Shown here piece by piece: positions 62,789-64,000 of a stretch of 64,000 nucleotides of DNA (position 1 is its first letter; each line of letters starts with the position of its first letter). The translations under genes and the position numbers were made by a program. The notes beneath the pieces were generated by a model that was given only the letters and a program-made list of their open reading frames with translations, did not search any database and was not told the DNA's origin. Source of the DNA: Mustelus asterias. Lineage: Eukaryota. The stretch is taken from assembly GCF_964213995.1 (NCBI RefSeq), contig NC_135816.1:51522001-51586000 (forward strand). The letters run 5' to 3'.

Positions 62789-63920
62789 ATGAGGATAAAC
62801 ATTCACTCTCACCTCAATATTGTGATGTGATAGAGTGGATTTTTGATTTGCTGTAGACCAACCTGGTTTCCATCCCATTATATTCAGGAAGGTTCTACAA
62901 AGGGAGGCCAATCTGGTCCTCCATGTTGCCCCAATGTCTTTAAGAAAATAAACATTTTCTCATTGGATAGTATCCACCCTGACCCCTCAGATTTGGGTGG
63001 TCCATTTTGAGGCCTATACATGGATGAATACCTTCCCTATTTCAAACTCTCACACAGTTATGGCACGATAAATATTCTGGTTGGACATGTTATACATAGA
63101 TGGAAGGCTGTTAATAGCTTTCTCATCAGATGTTTCAACATTTGTTCCAATGTGGGCAGCCACCCCACCCGACCCTCTTTAGTGTATTATACAATTTCAT
63201 ATGTTTATTATGTGGTATCTTTGGAACTTTGTCAGGAATTGCTGCCAGAACTTTGTTCCTACTTATTCTTTAAAAATATATAGACAGCTGAATCAATGCA
63301 CTTGGGAGACTAAGTCCAAGGGGGACTGGGTGGGGGGTGGATAGGGCGGTGTCGCATTATCTTGGTGCTTAATTTAGATTGTAATCCGGAGGAGGGAACT
63401 GAACAGGAGGAGGAAACATTATTCAGTCAGGTTAGACCCTGAGCCTGGGTTTTCACTACAAATCTGCCAAAATTTATTTGCACCACACTTGTTACAAATG
63501 AAGCAATTGAAATCCAGCAGCCACATAGTGGGAACACAAAGTACATATCCTTCTAACTCTAGGATTCAGTGCAGCTTTAACTTATTGGATCACTCAGAGT
63601 TATATTTGTGTTTCGAGGGATGGGTATGGACTACCTGTCTTGGACTTATATGTTCAGATAATTTGCACATGGCCATGCTGTCCAGAGATTTCTATTAACG
63701 TTTTGTCACAGATTGCCTTCAATGTGTAGGAATGGCTGCCATTTAAGTGATAAGAGTAAGACACAATTTGAAGCACTTAATAAAATGATCATTCCCCATA
63801 GCATTGTTTAAGATGCCTACAATTAGTTTATGAAGTGGTGATGTGTTTCCTTTAGCATGCTATGAAAAATCACCATTACCAATCTGTTCCATAGCTGAGA
63901 ATCCTTTTTTATTACTTGAC

Positions 63921-63965
63921 CTTTCCTTTTCCTTGAGAGGTCCAAGTACAGTATGTTCGGAATAT
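63921..63965 (-). CDS. SH3PXD2B: Candidate 45-nt (possibly longer) alternative exon of SH3PXD2B between PX and SH3-1
   Basis: cctattccag|ATATT...GGAAAG|gtcaag; phase 1-1; (D)IPNILYLDLSRKRK(G). It joins in frame to the 29996 exon. The frame is also open to the window edge (AQFQKLCDPIPD...), so the true acceptor may lie further upstream. The donor is weak. Confidence 0.45.
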
Positions 63966-64000
63966 CTGGAATAGGATCACAGAGCTTTTGGAATTGTGCT

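Overview
Eukaryotic genomic DNA, very likely from a shark or other elasmobranch (inferred from abundant HE1-type V-SINEs and CR1 LINEs). The whole 64 kb lies inside one minus-strand gene, SH3PXD2B (Tks4, a PX/SH3 podosome adaptor). I read 7 core exons with GT-AG sites and consistent phases, covering SH3-1, SH3-2, SH3-3 and the start of the large proline-rich exon. The PX exons and the stop codon are outside the window. Two further frame-preserving candidate cassette exons sit in the introns: an 84-nt exon at 21871-21954 (VPKTFWSLPRHVGRRRTLGDLYISVWGQ) and a 45-nt or longer exon ending at 63921. Both lie where the paralog SH3PXD2A/Tks5 has alternative exons, and both have downstream RBFOX-type motifs. 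The introns also hold a decayed UACA-like coiled-coil pseudogene, a decayed Gypsy gag-pol with nested insertions, a decayed PIF/Harbinger transposase, many GC-rich TIR MITEs (some nested three deep), HE1 SINEs with two different tails, a DeuSINE-like relic and a 139-bp templated duplication at a SINE junction. No RNA genes or CRISPR arrays are seen, and nothing I can call a demonstrably new biological system. Comparisons to human proteins are from memory, not from a database search, and repeat boundaries are approximate.
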